Of a DNA stretch of 39,944 bases, positions 14,684-24,191 are shown one piece after another. Position numbers and translations under genes: made by a program. This stretch comes from a virus. Its lineage: Duplodnaviria > Caudoviricetes. The stretch lies in IMG/VR virus record IMGVR_UViG_3300033407_000052, positions 1 through 39,944 of that record; one strand, given 5' to 3'. The notes under the pieces were generated by a model, which ran no database searches, was not told where the DNA came from, and saw only the letters and a list, made by a program, of their open reading frames with translations. How positions within the stretch are numbered: the stretch's first letter is position 1; each line of letters begins with the position of its first letter.

Positions 14684-14932
14684 ATGAAGGTTCTCGACAT
14701 CCGGGGCATCCGATTAAAAGGGGAAAAACTCGCCAAAGAGATAGAGGAGTTAGTAAAAGATACCCAAAGAGTTATCATCCAACCCCTACCCAGTGAAATC
14801 TTAATGACTCAGGAGCAATTCAAAGACTTAGCCACACTAGCCCGAAAAGATACCACAGACGATATAGAATTACTGCCAAAAGACCAAGTTTACGGGACTC
14901 GTTATAATGCGATGGATATAAAGGTACAGTAA
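14684..14932 (+). CDS. Hypothetical protein
   Basis: 82 aa, coupled to TerS. Confidence 0.65.
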   Translation: MKVLDIRGIRLKGEKLAKEIEELVKDTQRVIIQPLPSEILMTQEQFKDLATLARKDTTDDIELLPKDQVYGTRYNAMDIKVQ

Positions 14933-15441
14933 TGCCCGGTGGACGACCATTAAAATTCAAGACAGTGGAAGAACTACAAGAAAAGATAGATGCTTATTTT
15001 GATAGTTGCGATCCGCACCTAGAAGAAGTAGTTGAATGGCTAGAAGCTAGAGACAAAGATGGCAAGCTGAAAAAGGACGAGCATGGCTATAACTATCTTG
15101 TAAAAGTTAAGCATTTAGTTATGACTGAACAGAAACCCTACACCATAACAGGGCTTGCTATTGCCCTTGACACTTCAAGAGAAACATTATTAGACTACAG
15201 AGAGAAAGAAGAGTATTCTGACTCGTTAAAAGCTGCCAAAGAAAAGTGCCAAGCATTTGTTGAGAAATCATTGTTTACTTTACCTAATGTTACGGGGCCA
15301 ATATTCAACCTGAAAAATAACTATGGCTGGAAAGATAAGACAGAAGTCGAGAGTAGTGGCGAAATAACCCATAAACACGAGGACTTAGACGATGAACAGC
15401 TTGAAAGAGCTATCAAGGCAAGAAAAGATAGAATTGCTTGA
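14932..15441 (+). CDS. terS: Terminase small subunit
   Basis: 'GRPLKFKTVEELQEKIDAYF...PYTITGLA.AL..SRETLLDY...IFNLKNNYGWKDK', precedes TerL. Confidence 0.85.
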   Translation: MPGGRPLKFKTVEELQEKIDAYFDSCDPHLEEVVEWLEARDKDGKLKKDEHGYNYLVKVKHLVMTEQKPYTITGLAIALDTSRETLLDYREKEEYSDSLKAAKEKCQAFVEKSLFTLPNVTGPIFNLKNNYGWKDKTEVESSGEITHKHEDLDDEQLERAIKARKDRIA

Positions 15442-16822
15442 ACTCTTAGACGAGAAGGAGCGTAGGGTAAAAGACGACCCTCTTAAGTATGCCAAACAAC
15501 ACTCTAAACAAATACAAGCCACTCAAAGCGATAAAGCTATTAGGTCGCTATTCTGGGGCAACCGTGTAGGGAAAACCGAGTGGGGAGCCTCAGAAACAGC
15601 CAGATACGCTACAAACAACCACCCACATAGAAATATAGGCGACCCAATAGAAATCTGGTGTGTATGCCCATCATACGAAGTCCAGGAAGAAACCACCCAA
15701 AAGAAACTCCTAACTTACTTACCAGAAAAAGAAATAGAACATATCAGTTACCTTAGAGGTCGGATTATCAAGAAGATACGGATGAAGTCTGGCACGATTA
15801 TAGACTTCAAGTCCTACGACCAAGGCCGGGAGAAGTTCCAGGGTACAGGTAAACGACTGATCTGGTTTGACGAAGAACCTCCTAAAGACATCTGGGAAGA
15901 GTGTTTTGTTCGTGTCGAAGCCGGGCAACAGTTAGATGTGATCCTAACGATGACAGCTATAAAAGGTTTAACATGGGTGTACGACTCTATTTATCTCGAT
16001 ACCAACAACCCCGATCTATACATATCTGAGGCCGGTTGGGACGATAACCCCTGGCTGACCGATAAACAGAAAAAGCAGATGAGCCGAGGTCTATCTGAAG
16101 CGGCCCTAAAAGTTAGGCGAGAGGGCAAGTTTGTCAAACGAGTAGGTATGGTTTGTGCTTGGTGGGACAGGGAGATACATCTTAAACATTATGACGAACT
16201 TAACCGAAGCTGGACATGGTACGAAGTATTGGACGGTGGTTATTCCGACCCGGCAGCGTGGCTTTTAGTAGGAGTTGATGGGGATAACAATGTTCATGTT
16301 GTAAATGGATTCAGGCGCAAGCAACTGACTACTGAGAGAATTAAGGAACTTCGAGACTCTAAGATTGGCGGGTTGACTATCACAAGGGGCTGGACAGATA
16401 ACGATGACCCTAGACTTCAAGAAGCTTTATACTCCGAAGGAATGAGGCTAGACCCTGTTGAGAAGCTACCGAATGAAACTAAAAACTGGGACGAAACCCT
16501 AGCAGAGAAGTTGGAAGAATACGGACAAATTCAACCCGGAACTGGCAAGCCAAGGCTATACATATCAGATAACCTAGTAGAGATAAACGAAATGTCCGGC
16601 AACGAGCAGAACTGGCTAGTGCAGGAGATCGAGAACCTGCTATGGCTTGAGAAGGTTAGCAAGCAAGGCGAGGAAATCAAACCGAAGTGGGACGACCACC
16701 GTAGATTCGGGCATCACTTTGACGGTATTAGGGCATTATCTTATTTCTTAGTAAGTTATATTAAACCAATTCATAAGAAACGTACTCGGCCAAAACCGAA
16801 AAGGAGTAAATTTCACCTATGA
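15392..16822 (+). CDS. terL: Terminase large subunit
   Basis: Walker A GNRVGKT, Walker B IWFDEE, nuclease acidic residues (LDGGYSDP, HHFDGIR). Confidence 0.92.
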   Translation: MNSLKELSRQEKIELLELLDEKERRVKDDPLKYAKQHSKQIQATQSDKAIRSLFWGNRVGKTEWGASETARYATNNHPHRNIGDPIEIWCVCPSYEVQEETTQKKLLTYLPEKEIEHISYLRGRIIKKIRMKSGTIIDFKSYDQGREKFQGTGKRLIWFDEEPPKDIWEECFVRVEAGQQLDVILTMTAIKGLTWVYDSIYLDTNNPDLYISEAGWDDNPWLTDKQKKQMSRGLSEAALKVRREGKFVKRVGMVCAWWDREIHLKHYDELNRSWTWYEVLDGGYSDPAAWLLVGVDGDNNVHVVNGFRRKQLTTERIKELRDSKIGGLTITRGWTDNDDPRLQEALYSEGMRLDPVEKLPNETKNWDETLAEKLEEYGQIQPGTGKPRLYISDNLVEINEMSGNEQNWLVQEIENLLWLEKVSKQGEEIKPKWDDHRRFGHHFDGIRALSYFLVSYIKPIHKKRTRPKPKRSKFHL

Positions 16823-17103
16823 ACAAGCACCAAAAAGTCACCACCTACACCTCTCAAGCTGATGGTTCAGTCAAGATACAAGCCGATTCTTACTATGAGT
16901 CTCTAGCTCATCAGTTAATAGAAATCGAAAAACAGCTCCCCACCTCAAAGCAGACCATCTTAAAAGACATCCTAACCTGTTTAGAACTCATCACCAAGGA
17001 TAAATCTATAGAGGTGAACATACGGATTAAAGCTAGAGATGGCGAACCTATCCAGTTGACTAAGCGGTGGACGGTGGTTAAGGAGAGTTTTAATATACGG
17101 TAG
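16819..17103 (+). CDS. Hypothetical protein
   Basis: AAGGAG RBS, ATGA-coupled to TerL. Confidence 0.65.
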   Translation: MNKHQKVTTYTSQADGSVKIQADSYYESLAHQLIEIEKQLPTSKQTILKDILTCLELITKDKSIEVNIRIKARDGEPIQLTKRWTVVKESFNIR

Positions 17104-17140
17104 ACATAGGTAGTACATACGTGGTAGTATGTATGTACTA
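17101..17140 (+). promoter_or_regulatory. Moron promoter with overlapping operator palindrome
   Basis: TAGACA - 18 bp - TAGTAT with TG extension. Perfect IR tagtacatac (17111-17120) / gtatgtacta (17131-17140). Confidence 0.65.
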
Positions 17141-17153
17141 ATTAGGAGCCTTT

Positions 17154-17708
17154 ATGAAGAAAATACCAACACTATTTAAGCGAGACTTCGCCAACAACGG
17201 TATGATAACCCCTGAGTATTCTGATGGTACTGAGTGGGTACTAAATGGAGAGGGCAAAGCTACCCGTAAATATGACGGTACTTCAGTACTGATTCGTGAC
17301 GGAGTAATGTACAAGCGATATGAAGTTAAACCAGGCCGTGAAGAACCATACGGATTTGAGCTTGCAGATGAAGACAAGACTACTGGTAAGAAAATGGGCT
17401 GGATTGAGGTTGGCAACGGCTCAGAAGACAAATGGCATCGTGAAGGCTGGGAAAACCTAGACGAAAGCCTAAAAATCAATGGCACATACGAATTGGTTGG
17501 GCCAAAGGTTCAAGGCAACCCAGAGAAGTATGAAGACCATAGGCTCATCTGGCATGAAGATGCTCAAATACTACTTGATGTTCCTGTTGAGTTTGAGGCT
17601 CTAAAAACATGGTTAGAAGACAAGGACATTGAGGGTATTGTTTGGCACCACCCAGACGGACGTATGGTCAAGATTAAGAAGAAGGACTACAGGTTAAAAC
17701 GTGCCTAA
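17154..17708 (+). CDS. RLIG1/C12orf29-like (DUF5565) RNA ligase, copy 2
   Basis: KYDG, YELVGPKVQGNP, IEGIVWH..DG.MVK. Roughly 70% aa identical to copy 1 by hand alignment. Confidence 0.75.
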   Translation: MKKIPTLFKRDFANNGMITPEYSDGTEWVLNGEGKATRKYDGTSVLIRDGVMYKRYEVKPGREEPYGFELADEDKTTGKKMGWIEVGNGSEDKWHREGWENLDESLKINGTYELVGPKVQGNPEKYEDHRLIWHEDAQILLDVPVEFEALKTWLEDKDIEGIVWHHPDGRMVKIKKKDYRLKRA

Positions 17709-18090
17709 AGCGACTATCTGGATCAGAAAAGACAACGAGAAAGCTTGGGAAGCTATTAAGAATAAGTCTGAGTGGGTTAATGAGCGATTGACTGTCGAGT
17801 ATCAGTTCAGTGAGCAAGGCTTCGCTAAAGTAACCGACGATCCGAACACAGTTAATGAGGTCAAGACTATTAAAAAACCAATCAAGTGGCGTGGCAAGCT
17901 TGGAGTTGATACCGTTACTGTGTACGCTGTCGATTCAGTTGAAGAAGGAGTAACAATCCCCGATGACAAAGACCTAGTTAAGCTAAACTCAAAGAAACCA
18001 GCTTATACATTGAAGGATAAACTCTGCAAAACCCACAGCCTACCAGTTTTAGTAGGTCGCACTATTTGTGGACAGAAAGGTTGCAAATGA
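17701..18090 (+). CDS. Ribbon-helix-helix-like protein with C-terminal Cys/His cluster
   Basis: 'MPKATIWIR...AWEAI.NKSEWVNERL' strand-helix-helix pattern, CxxH...CxxxxC tail. Confidence 0.55.
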   Translation: MPKATIWIRKDNEKAWEAIKNKSEWVNERLTVEYQFSEQGFAKVTDDPNTVNEVKTIKKPIKWRGKLGVDTVTVYAVDSVEEGVTIPDDKDLVKLNSKKPAYTLKDKLCKTHSLPVLVGRTICGQKGCK

Positions 18091-18368
18091 AAATCACCGA
18101 GATATTAGATGACTTAGGCGAATCCTTTTATCCATTACATGAATACCCAGACCAACCAATCTATACCGACAGAAATAAAGAGGCTATTGCGGAAGCCCGC
18201 CAAGCCCTACACGCAGCCACTATAGCGGTGTTGCCTGAACCCTATGATATGGAGTATGTGGTAGAAAGAAATATTGGCGGTACATCTATAGCAATCGCAG
18301 AGGGTTTTAATGAAGCACTAGACCAAATGAAAGCCGCTATAGATGAGCTTTATGAGGTAAAGGAATGA
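18087..18368 (+). CDS. Helical-scaffold family protein
   Basis: ITEIL / AEARQAL...VLPE / GFNEAL framework, like 4686-5012. Start 18087. Confidence 0.65.
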   Translation: MKITEILDDLGESFYPLHEYPDQPIYTDRNKEAIAEARQALHAATIAVLPEPYDMEYVVERNIGGTSIAIAEGFNEALDQMKAAIDELYEVKE

Positions 18369-18505
18369 GAAAACTATACTTAATCTGGAGAATATGGGCG
18401 CTCACTCGGAACCTAAGCAAGATAAGTAATTCCGAGGGGCATAACGTTCTAAGCACTTACTACCTTGAACTGTTTGAAGTAGAGTGGCCGCAGGAGAAGA
18501 AATGA
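18365..18505 (+). CDS. Small protein (46 aa)
   Basis: GAGG RBS, ATGA-coupled at both ends. Confidence 0.5.
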   Translation: MRKLYLIWRIWALTRNLSKISNSEGHNVLSTYYLELFEVEWPQEKK

Positions 18506-18669
18506 AAGAGAGATTCTTGAGAACAATCAGTATTATTAAACATTTTCTTACTAAGAAACGCCAGCAATTTTGTAGTAAAAGTTGTGCTGCAATTGAACGT
18601 GGCAGAAAGGGATTAAATGAACGACCAAGACAAGCAGAAACTGGGCGATTTAGCAAAGCAGTTGCCTGA
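18502..18669 (+). CDS. Small basic protein with FCSxxC half-site, possibly a remnant
   Basis: 'RQQFCSKSCA' lacks a partner CxxC. Overlaps the next ORF by 53 nt. Confidence 0.35.
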   Translation: MKERFLRTISIIKHFLTKKRQQFCSKSCAAIERGRKGLNERPRQAETGRFSKAVA

Positions 18670-18841
18670 GCTACAGCGTATTGCCAAAGCTCTTTGGGGA
18701 GAAGAATACATAGATACAGGCGTACCAAATGGAGCGGTGTGGCAAGAAGAAAACATTGAAGAGTTAGCATGGCAATACCACCTTCAGAACATGGTGATTA
18801 GTGAAGACCCCATAAAATACCTCGGAGATAACCTAGATTAA
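18617..18841 (+). CDS. Hypothetical protein
   Basis: AAGGGA RBS, 74 aa. Confidence 0.6.
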   Translation: MNDQDKQKLGDLAKQLPELQRIAKALWGEEYIDTGVPNGAVWQEENIEELAWQYHLQNMVISEDPIKYLGDNLD

Positions 18842-18918
18842 CAAACACCCCCAAGTATGATATAAAGTAACTAGAATCGTTCGCAGCTTTGTCTGACCGA
18901 TACCCAAAAGGAACAGAC

Positions 18919-20841
18919 ATGGCGTTTTACGACGAAAAAACACTCTACCAGCTCTACACCGTTTCTAGGGATGAAGCTTGGCAGTGGCGTAAGGATTACA
19001 AAGAATACGAGAGGTTGGCCGACAACGACCTCCTAGAAGACCTCGATCCCGACCTACCCGAAGTCAATGACGGCACACTAGCCGCCTCGCTATTCAAGCT
19101 ACCTAAGCGAATTGTATCCTCTAAGTTAAAAGGCCGAGCCAAAGCCCTAGACGTTGATGACGCTTGGATTACTGAACTTGCTAATATGCAGTGGACAAAC
19201 AACATTGTCCCCAACGCTAACTCTCAAGCACCATTCCACCGCAAATGGAAAGATGCCGTAAGAAAGGCTGCTATCTATGGCTCACAACCCATAATCAACC
19301 TATTCGTCAACAACGGCAATTACACCGGCTCAGATTTTATTGTCCCCCAAGCTACTGACGTTACTTTAGAAGCTGGTAAGGTGTCTGATTACGACTCCGA
19401 TGTTATCTTCTGGGACGTTTACCTGACCACAAAACAAGTCGAGGATATGATCGAACAAGCCGAGGAGGAAGAAGAGGGCGGTTATAACAAGTGGAACGTT
19501 CCTGCCTTAAAGGAAATCCTAGCATCTAAGCAGAAAGAAGACCGCCAATCCAACGAAGACAATCGCCAGAAAGACGGTAAGAGCGTTGAAAAGGGTGGGA
19601 TTAAGTTCTGTATCTCTTTCCAACGAGGTATCAAAGCACCGTTTTATATGTATCACAAAGCTACTAAGAAGACCGTCCGAGAGTGGGAGAACCCCGACCC
19701 AACAGGGGATATACCAGTCCACTACCTGTACTGTTACCAAGACTTTATCAATCCTTACGGCATCGGCATTGTCAAGCTAGCGGGTGGTACGCAGAACGTC
19801 CTCGACTATATGAGACAAGCCGATGTGTTAGGAACACAGATAGGTATGCGACCGCCTAAACTAATCGAGGGTAATGCCGATGATGTAGATTTAGATTCAC
19901 TGGTTTACGCTCAAGACGCTGAGTGGCTAGTCGGTCAGGCCAAAGTCACTAGACTGGAAATGACTACTGGAGTCTACAACCAACTACCTGAGCGAATGAG
20001 TATGTACAAGACCTCTCTTAACCAACTCATACCTACTGGTGATACTTCGATTGCTTCAGGTAGTGGCGACCCCCAGTATTCCAAGACTCCAGCTGGTGTG
20101 AAGTTCCAAGCCGCTAACCTGTCAATAGATGACGAGGACTTTAAAGATAATTTGTACATGACCTACGAAGCTGTAGCTAAGTCAATGATTAACACCCACT
20201 TTGCCAACATGCAAGGTACAGACTTGATGAAACTCTCTGACGAGGAGCGAGACATCTTAGCCAAGTCAGGTCTGGAGTTCCCATTAGACGAAGAAGGCAA
20301 TCCCACCAACGAACTAGAAATTATCTGGGAAGAAGCTAGAGCTACCTTTGACTTTGAGGTTGAAGCCGAGGAAGACGAAACCAGCGAGAACGACAAGAAA
20401 CTGGAAAGCCTACTCAAAATAGTGGAACTAAGAGCCGCCGATCCCACTTTGGAACAATCCTTAATGATGAGCGGTAAGAAACTAAACTTAGGTGAGTTAT
20501 TCTCGGCAATCATTAGATTAACTACCGACAACGACAAGATTATCGAAGACATCGACCCCGAAGACCAAGAGCAGATGGAAGCCGAACAAATGGCACAGCA
20601 AGGCATAGACCCTGAGACTGGCCAACCGATGCAAGCTGAACAACCAATCCAAGAGGAAGTACCCCAAGTTAATCCCGAAGACGAACAAGCCGCCATTAAT
20701 GTTCAAGCGGTAATGGATGAGCATGGAGTTAGTCAAGAGGTGGCAGCCACTATGTTAATGGCCGAGGAATCTGGATTTGCCCCTGATGAGATATTAGATG
20801 CGGTAAATCGCCTTAATCAACAGGAGAATATAAATGTCTGA
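18919..20841 (+). CDS. Portal protein
   Basis: ~640 aa, first large gene after TerL, helical, acidic Gln-rich tail. ATG 18919 after AAGGA. Confidence 0.8.
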   Translation: MAFYDEKTLYQLYTVSRDEAWQWRKDYKEYERLADNDLLEDLDPDLPEVNDGTLAASLFKLPKRIVSSKLKGRAKALDVDDAWITELANMQWTNNIVPNANSQAPFHRKWKDAVRKAAIYGSQPIINLFVNNGNYTGSDFIVPQATDVTLEAGKVSDYDSDVIFWDVYLTTKQVEDMIEQAEEEEEGGYNKWNVPALKEILASKQKEDRQSNEDNRQKDGKSVEKGGIKFCISFQRGIKAPFYMYHKATKKTVREWENPDPTGDIPVHYLYCYQDFINPYGIGIVKLAGGTQNVLDYMRQADVLGTQIGMRPPKLIEGNADDVDLDSLVYAQDAEWLVGQAKVTRLEMTTGVYNQLPERMSMYKTSLNQLIPTGDTSIASGSGDPQYSKTPAGVKFQAANLSIDDEDFKDNLYMTYEAVAKSMINTHFANMQGTDLMKLSDEERDILAKSGLEFPLDEEGNPTNELEIIWEEARATFDFEVEAEEDETSENDKKLESLLKIVELRAADPTLEQSLMMSGKKLNLGELFSAIIRLTTDNDKIIEDIDPEDQEQMEAEQMAQQGIDPETGQPMQAEQPIQEEVPQVNPEDEQAAINVQAVMDEHGVSQEVAATMLMAEESGFAPDEILDAVNRLNQQENINV

Positions 20842-21175
20842 AACCAGAGACGATAGTTTACTTTATTCTGGGCTTACAAGTGTAAGTGCTAAGAAAGTTC
20901 AGGAAGCTAAAGACCGCAAGAAAGAAACCAAGTCAGAGAAGCGTGGCCAGATTATCAACGTCGCCGAACCAGTATTTGCTGAGATTAAAAAAGAGAAAGC
21001 TATGATGGGTGAACTCCTATTAGCCATAGTTGACCCCGATACCCCAGAAGACAGAGTCTTGCAACATTTAGAAGCTATCCGACTACACCGAACTTGGCTG
21101 ATAGGTTTTGAAACCAGACTACGGAACGTCCTCAAATCTAAGCCCCAACCGAAGGAGATTGAAGATGAAGAATAA
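20834..21175 (+). CDS. Hypothetical protein
   Basis: AGGAG RBS, follows the portal. Confidence 0.7.
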   Translation: MSETRDDSLLYSGLTSVSAKKVQEAKDRKKETKSEKRGQIINVAEPVFAEIKKEKAMMGELLLAIVDPDTPEDRVLQHLEAIRLHRTWLIGFETRLRNVLKSKPQPKEIEDEE

Positions 21176-21392
21176 ACAAGCATATTTAGACGAGATGATA
21201 GAAACTATGGCCGCCGAGGAGGAAATAACCGTTGAACACGCCAGAGAACGACTACTCAAGAGCAGCGACCATGTTTTTGATATTAACAAAGTCCAGCCCA
21301 GCAACCATTTTTGGGTAGATCGTGGACAAGTAATGAGTTGCGAGGGCGCACTTCATCCGAACCACAGGGCTTTCAAAAGGAGTAAAGCATGA
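21165..21392 (+). CDS. Hypothetical protein
   Basis: AAGGAG RBS, start 21165, H/C cluster at the C-terminus. Confidence 0.65.
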   Translation: MKNKQAYLDEMIETMAAEEEITVEHARERLLKSSDHVFDINKVQPSNHFWVDRGQVMSCEGALHPNHRAFKRSKA

Positions 21393-21404
21393 AACAGTAG
21401 CGAT

Positions 21405-21571
21405 GATAGTTGCTTGGGTTGTCTAGCTTACCCTTCCAGACAACCCGAGGAGCTATCCTCCAATAGCTTCCGCTAGCATCGTACTGCATGGTTCAGCGAA
21501 CCTAAATCGCATGGGGTAGTTACCCTAAATAACAACATGGCTTTACCGCCTTTAAGAGTAAGGAGAACAAA
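21405..21571 (+). promoter_or_regulatory. Structured leader of the scaffold gene
   Basis: Long hairpin 21405-21457, then three catgg-spaced units, two with short stems and cctaaa loops. Confidence 0.55.
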
Positions 21572-22327
21572 ATGGCAGATGACATATCTACCACCGATGA
21601 AGATGACACATCAGTAGTCGCTTCTGAGGACACATCAACTAATGACGACACTCAGGACACAGAGGACGAGCTAGAAGACATCGAGGTTACACCCGAAGAA
21701 CTAGCCGAGGGCGAAACGAAAGAGGAATCCGAGGAAGACGATGAGTCTACCGAAGATAAGGAGTCAGAGGAAGATGCGGAGGCTGAGGAGGAAGACACAA
21801 CCTCTGAAGCAGACAAGCAACGGGCAGCTAAAATTGCTTTTGAGCAACGAGAAGCCCAACGCCGAGCCGAACAAACCAAAGCCCAACAGGAATACCTAGA
21901 AAAAGCTGAGGACGACAAGGATTTGGCACTACGTCAACTCCAAATAGATGCCTACACGAATCGAATAGAGACTAATACATCTAAATTGCAAACTGGCATT
22001 GATAAAGCGGTTGCAAGTATTGATCTCTTTCGGGAGGGTTCGCCAGAGGTCAAAGAAGAATTGGCCAACTCGCTAGACGACTTCGAGAGAATGTACGTTC
22101 AACGAGACCGCAATGGCAACCCGATAAGCGTTACAGGCGATGTGTACCAATATTTACAAAGTAAAGCGGACTCTATCGCTCGACTGACTGGAATTGGTGC
22201 AAGACAGCAAAGTAAGAACAAGGCTAATGAGAAATCACGAACCTTGAATAAACCCAGTCGAACACCGAAACAAGGGAAAGTCGATCCAGCGTTAGACGCT
22301 TTCGATGAAGAAGCGTCGAAACCATAG
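21572..22327 (+). CDS. Capsid scaffolding protein
   Basis: Very acidic N-terminus, coiled coil, directly before the capsid gene. Confidence 0.75.
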   Translation: MADDISTTDEDDTSVVASEDTSTNDDTQDTEDELEDIEVTPEELAEGETKEESEEDDESTEDKESEEDAEAEEEDTTSEADKQRAAKIAFEQREAQRRAEQTKAQQEYLEKAEDDKDLALRQLQIDAYTNRIETNTSKLQTGIDKAVASIDLFREGSPEVKEELANSLDDFERMYVQRDRNGNPISVTGDVYQYLQSKADSIARLTGIGARQQSKNKANEKSRTLNKPSRTPKQGKVDPALDAFDEEASKP

Positions 22328-22351
22328 AGTCCTAATTGAAAGGACCGACTA

Positions 22352-23212
22352 ATGGCTATTAACCTAGCATCAAAGTTCGAGTCTAAAACGACTGAACTAC
22401 TGAAAGCACGTGCCAAAACTTCTTCAATCGTCAACAGCGACTGGAGTTGGGACGGTGTGAACGCTATCAACATTTACACACTAACTGACCCGACTATGAA
22501 CACCTATACTCCATCAGGTGCTTACCGTTACGGTAACCCTCTAGAAGTACAGGACACTAAGCAAACATTTACGCTTAGTCGTGACCGTTCATGGACTAAC
22601 ACAATCGATATGTCTAACTACCAGGACACACTAGAAATCCGAAAGCCAGCCAAATTCTTGGCTCAAGCTACTAAGAACGTTCTAGTACCTGAAATTGACA
22701 CTTACCGATTGGCATCACTAGCAACCGCTGGTGCATTAACAAGTGCAGGACCTAACGGTACTATCACCGCTCGTAACGACATTGTTACTGCTGGTGCTAC
22801 TACTGCTTCTAACGCCTACACTAACTTCCTTACCCTAAATGCTGACATCACTAACAACGAAGCTCCAGAAGATGGACGTGTTGCTTTGATGACTGCTACC
22901 TACTACAACCTCCTCAAACAAGGTGGTTTCATACTAGATAGCGATTCAGGACAGAGTAAGTTAAGTTCAGGTAGCTTAGGTACAGTTGACGGAGTATCCG
23001 TCGTTCTCGTGCCATCAAGCCGTATGCCTAGTGCAACTGACTTGATAATCACGCACCCTATGAACATGGCTGCACCTGAGAAACTTAAGGACTATACTGT
23101 TCATAAGAACCCACCAGGTGTTAATGGTTGGTTAATCGAATTTCGCATGCGCTATGATGCGTTTTTTGACCTTGCCAAGATATTCAGTCTTGCGATTCAC
23201 AAAACCAGCTAG
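22352..23212 (+). CDS. Major capsid protein
   Basis: 'MAINLASKF...LSRDRSW...VLVPEIDTYR...HKNPPGVNGWLIEFR.RYDAF', 286 aa. Confidence 0.88.
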   Translation: MAINLASKFESKTTELLKARAKTSSIVNSDWSWDGVNAINIYTLTDPTMNTYTPSGAYRYGNPLEVQDTKQTFTLSRDRSWTNTIDMSNYQDTLEIRKPAKFLAQATKNVLVPEIDTYRLASLATAGALTSAGPNGTITARNDIVTAGATTASNAYTNFLTLNADITNNEAPEDGRVALMTATYYNLLKQGGFILDSDSGQSKLSSGSLGTVDGVSVVLVPSSRMPSATDLIITHPMNMAAPEKLKDYTVHKNPPGVNGWLIEFRMRYDAFFDLAKIFSLAIHKTS

Positions 23213-23237
23213 TAACTAATTAAGAAAGGAGCCAATA

Positions 23238-23699
23238 ATGGCCACAGGTAAATTACGACAAGTCGAAGAAGACGCTATGCGGATTCAAGCCCGTCGCTTC
23301 CGAGACCAAGAGGAAGACCGCCAGTACGAGGACCTAAAGAACAAACCTACTGAGGACGACGCAAAAACCCCAGAGGAAGTCTTGGCCGAAGTACAAAAAC
23401 AGAACAGCGAAACAGCAGTAAAAGCTGCCGTTGAACTGGTCTCAGCCGAAAACGTAAAAAGAGCTAAGGAATCTACTGAAGAAGCCGAGGATGAGGAAGA
23501 AGTCTCAGAACCAAAGCCTGAAGCTGACGAAGAAGCTACCGACGAAGAAAGCACCGAAGTGCTACCAGAAGATGACCCAAGGGCTAAACTCGTAGACCTC
23601 AAGGCACGAGCAACAGAACTGGGCGTAGAAGATGCTGAAAGCTTTACTAGAAAAGCTGATGTAGTTGACGCTATTAACGAGAAGAAGGAGAATAAATAA
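23238..23699 (+). CDS. Acidic protein with C-terminal Rho-N/HeH-like helical motif
   Basis: 'LVDLKARATELGV......KADVVDAI'. Confidence 0.6.
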   Translation: MATGKLRQVEEDAMRIQARRFRDQEEDRQYEDLKNKPTEDDAKTPEEVLAEVQKQNSETAVKAAVELVSAENVKRAKESTEEAEDEEEVSEPKPEADEEATDEESTEVLPEDDPRAKLVDLKARATELGVEDAESFTRKADVVDAINEKKENK

Positions 23700-24076
23700 T
23701 GGCTATCGATACAGCTGGAGCCAATCTAACGAATTTTGGCTACCGAACCAAAGAGGACATTACCGCCTCAACATTAACTACGGATTTAGCAGACAGTGGT
23801 AAGGTTTTGAACTTTACCCACGCTACTCCAACAGTTACCCTGCACGCAGTTGCTGCGGGTGAATGCCTAACACTTCGTGTTGGTGCAAACCCACAAACGC
23901 TCACAATCAGCCCTAATGCCTCTGACGGTATCAAGGGTTGTGACGCTACTGGAACTGATAACAAGGACATCGTATTTACTAACCAACCAATTGGCTCTTA
24001 TGTCACTTTGCAAGGTGGTAACACAGATGCTTGGATAATCACAGCAGTCAGCGGTGCCTTTACGGTGGAATCTTAG
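23699..24076 (+). CDS. Putative virion accessory/decoration protein
   Basis: 'LT..DSGKV...VTL......G....' beta-rich pattern, similar to 24192-24758. Confidence 0.55.
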   Translation: MAIDTAGANLTNFGYRTKEDITASTLTTDLADSGKVLNFTHATPTVTLHAVAAGECLTLRVGANPQTLTISPNASDGIKGCDATGTDNKDIVFTNQPIGSYVTLQGGNTDAWIITAVSGAFTVES

Positions 24077-24092
24077 TAACTAACTGAAATCC

Positions 24093-24150
24093 GCCTGGCC
24101 TACGCCACTAATAGCAGTAATCGTTGACAGCTAAGGCATAAAGGCCAGGC
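24093..24150 (+). other. Intergenic long stem-loop
   Basis: gcctggcct 24093-24101 / aggccaggc 24142-24150 with inner gcc/ggc and tagc/gcta pairs. No U tract. Confidence 0.6.
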
Positions 24151-24191
24151 TCCCCCAATAACAAGGAAAGTAATCAAGAAAGAAGGCTATC

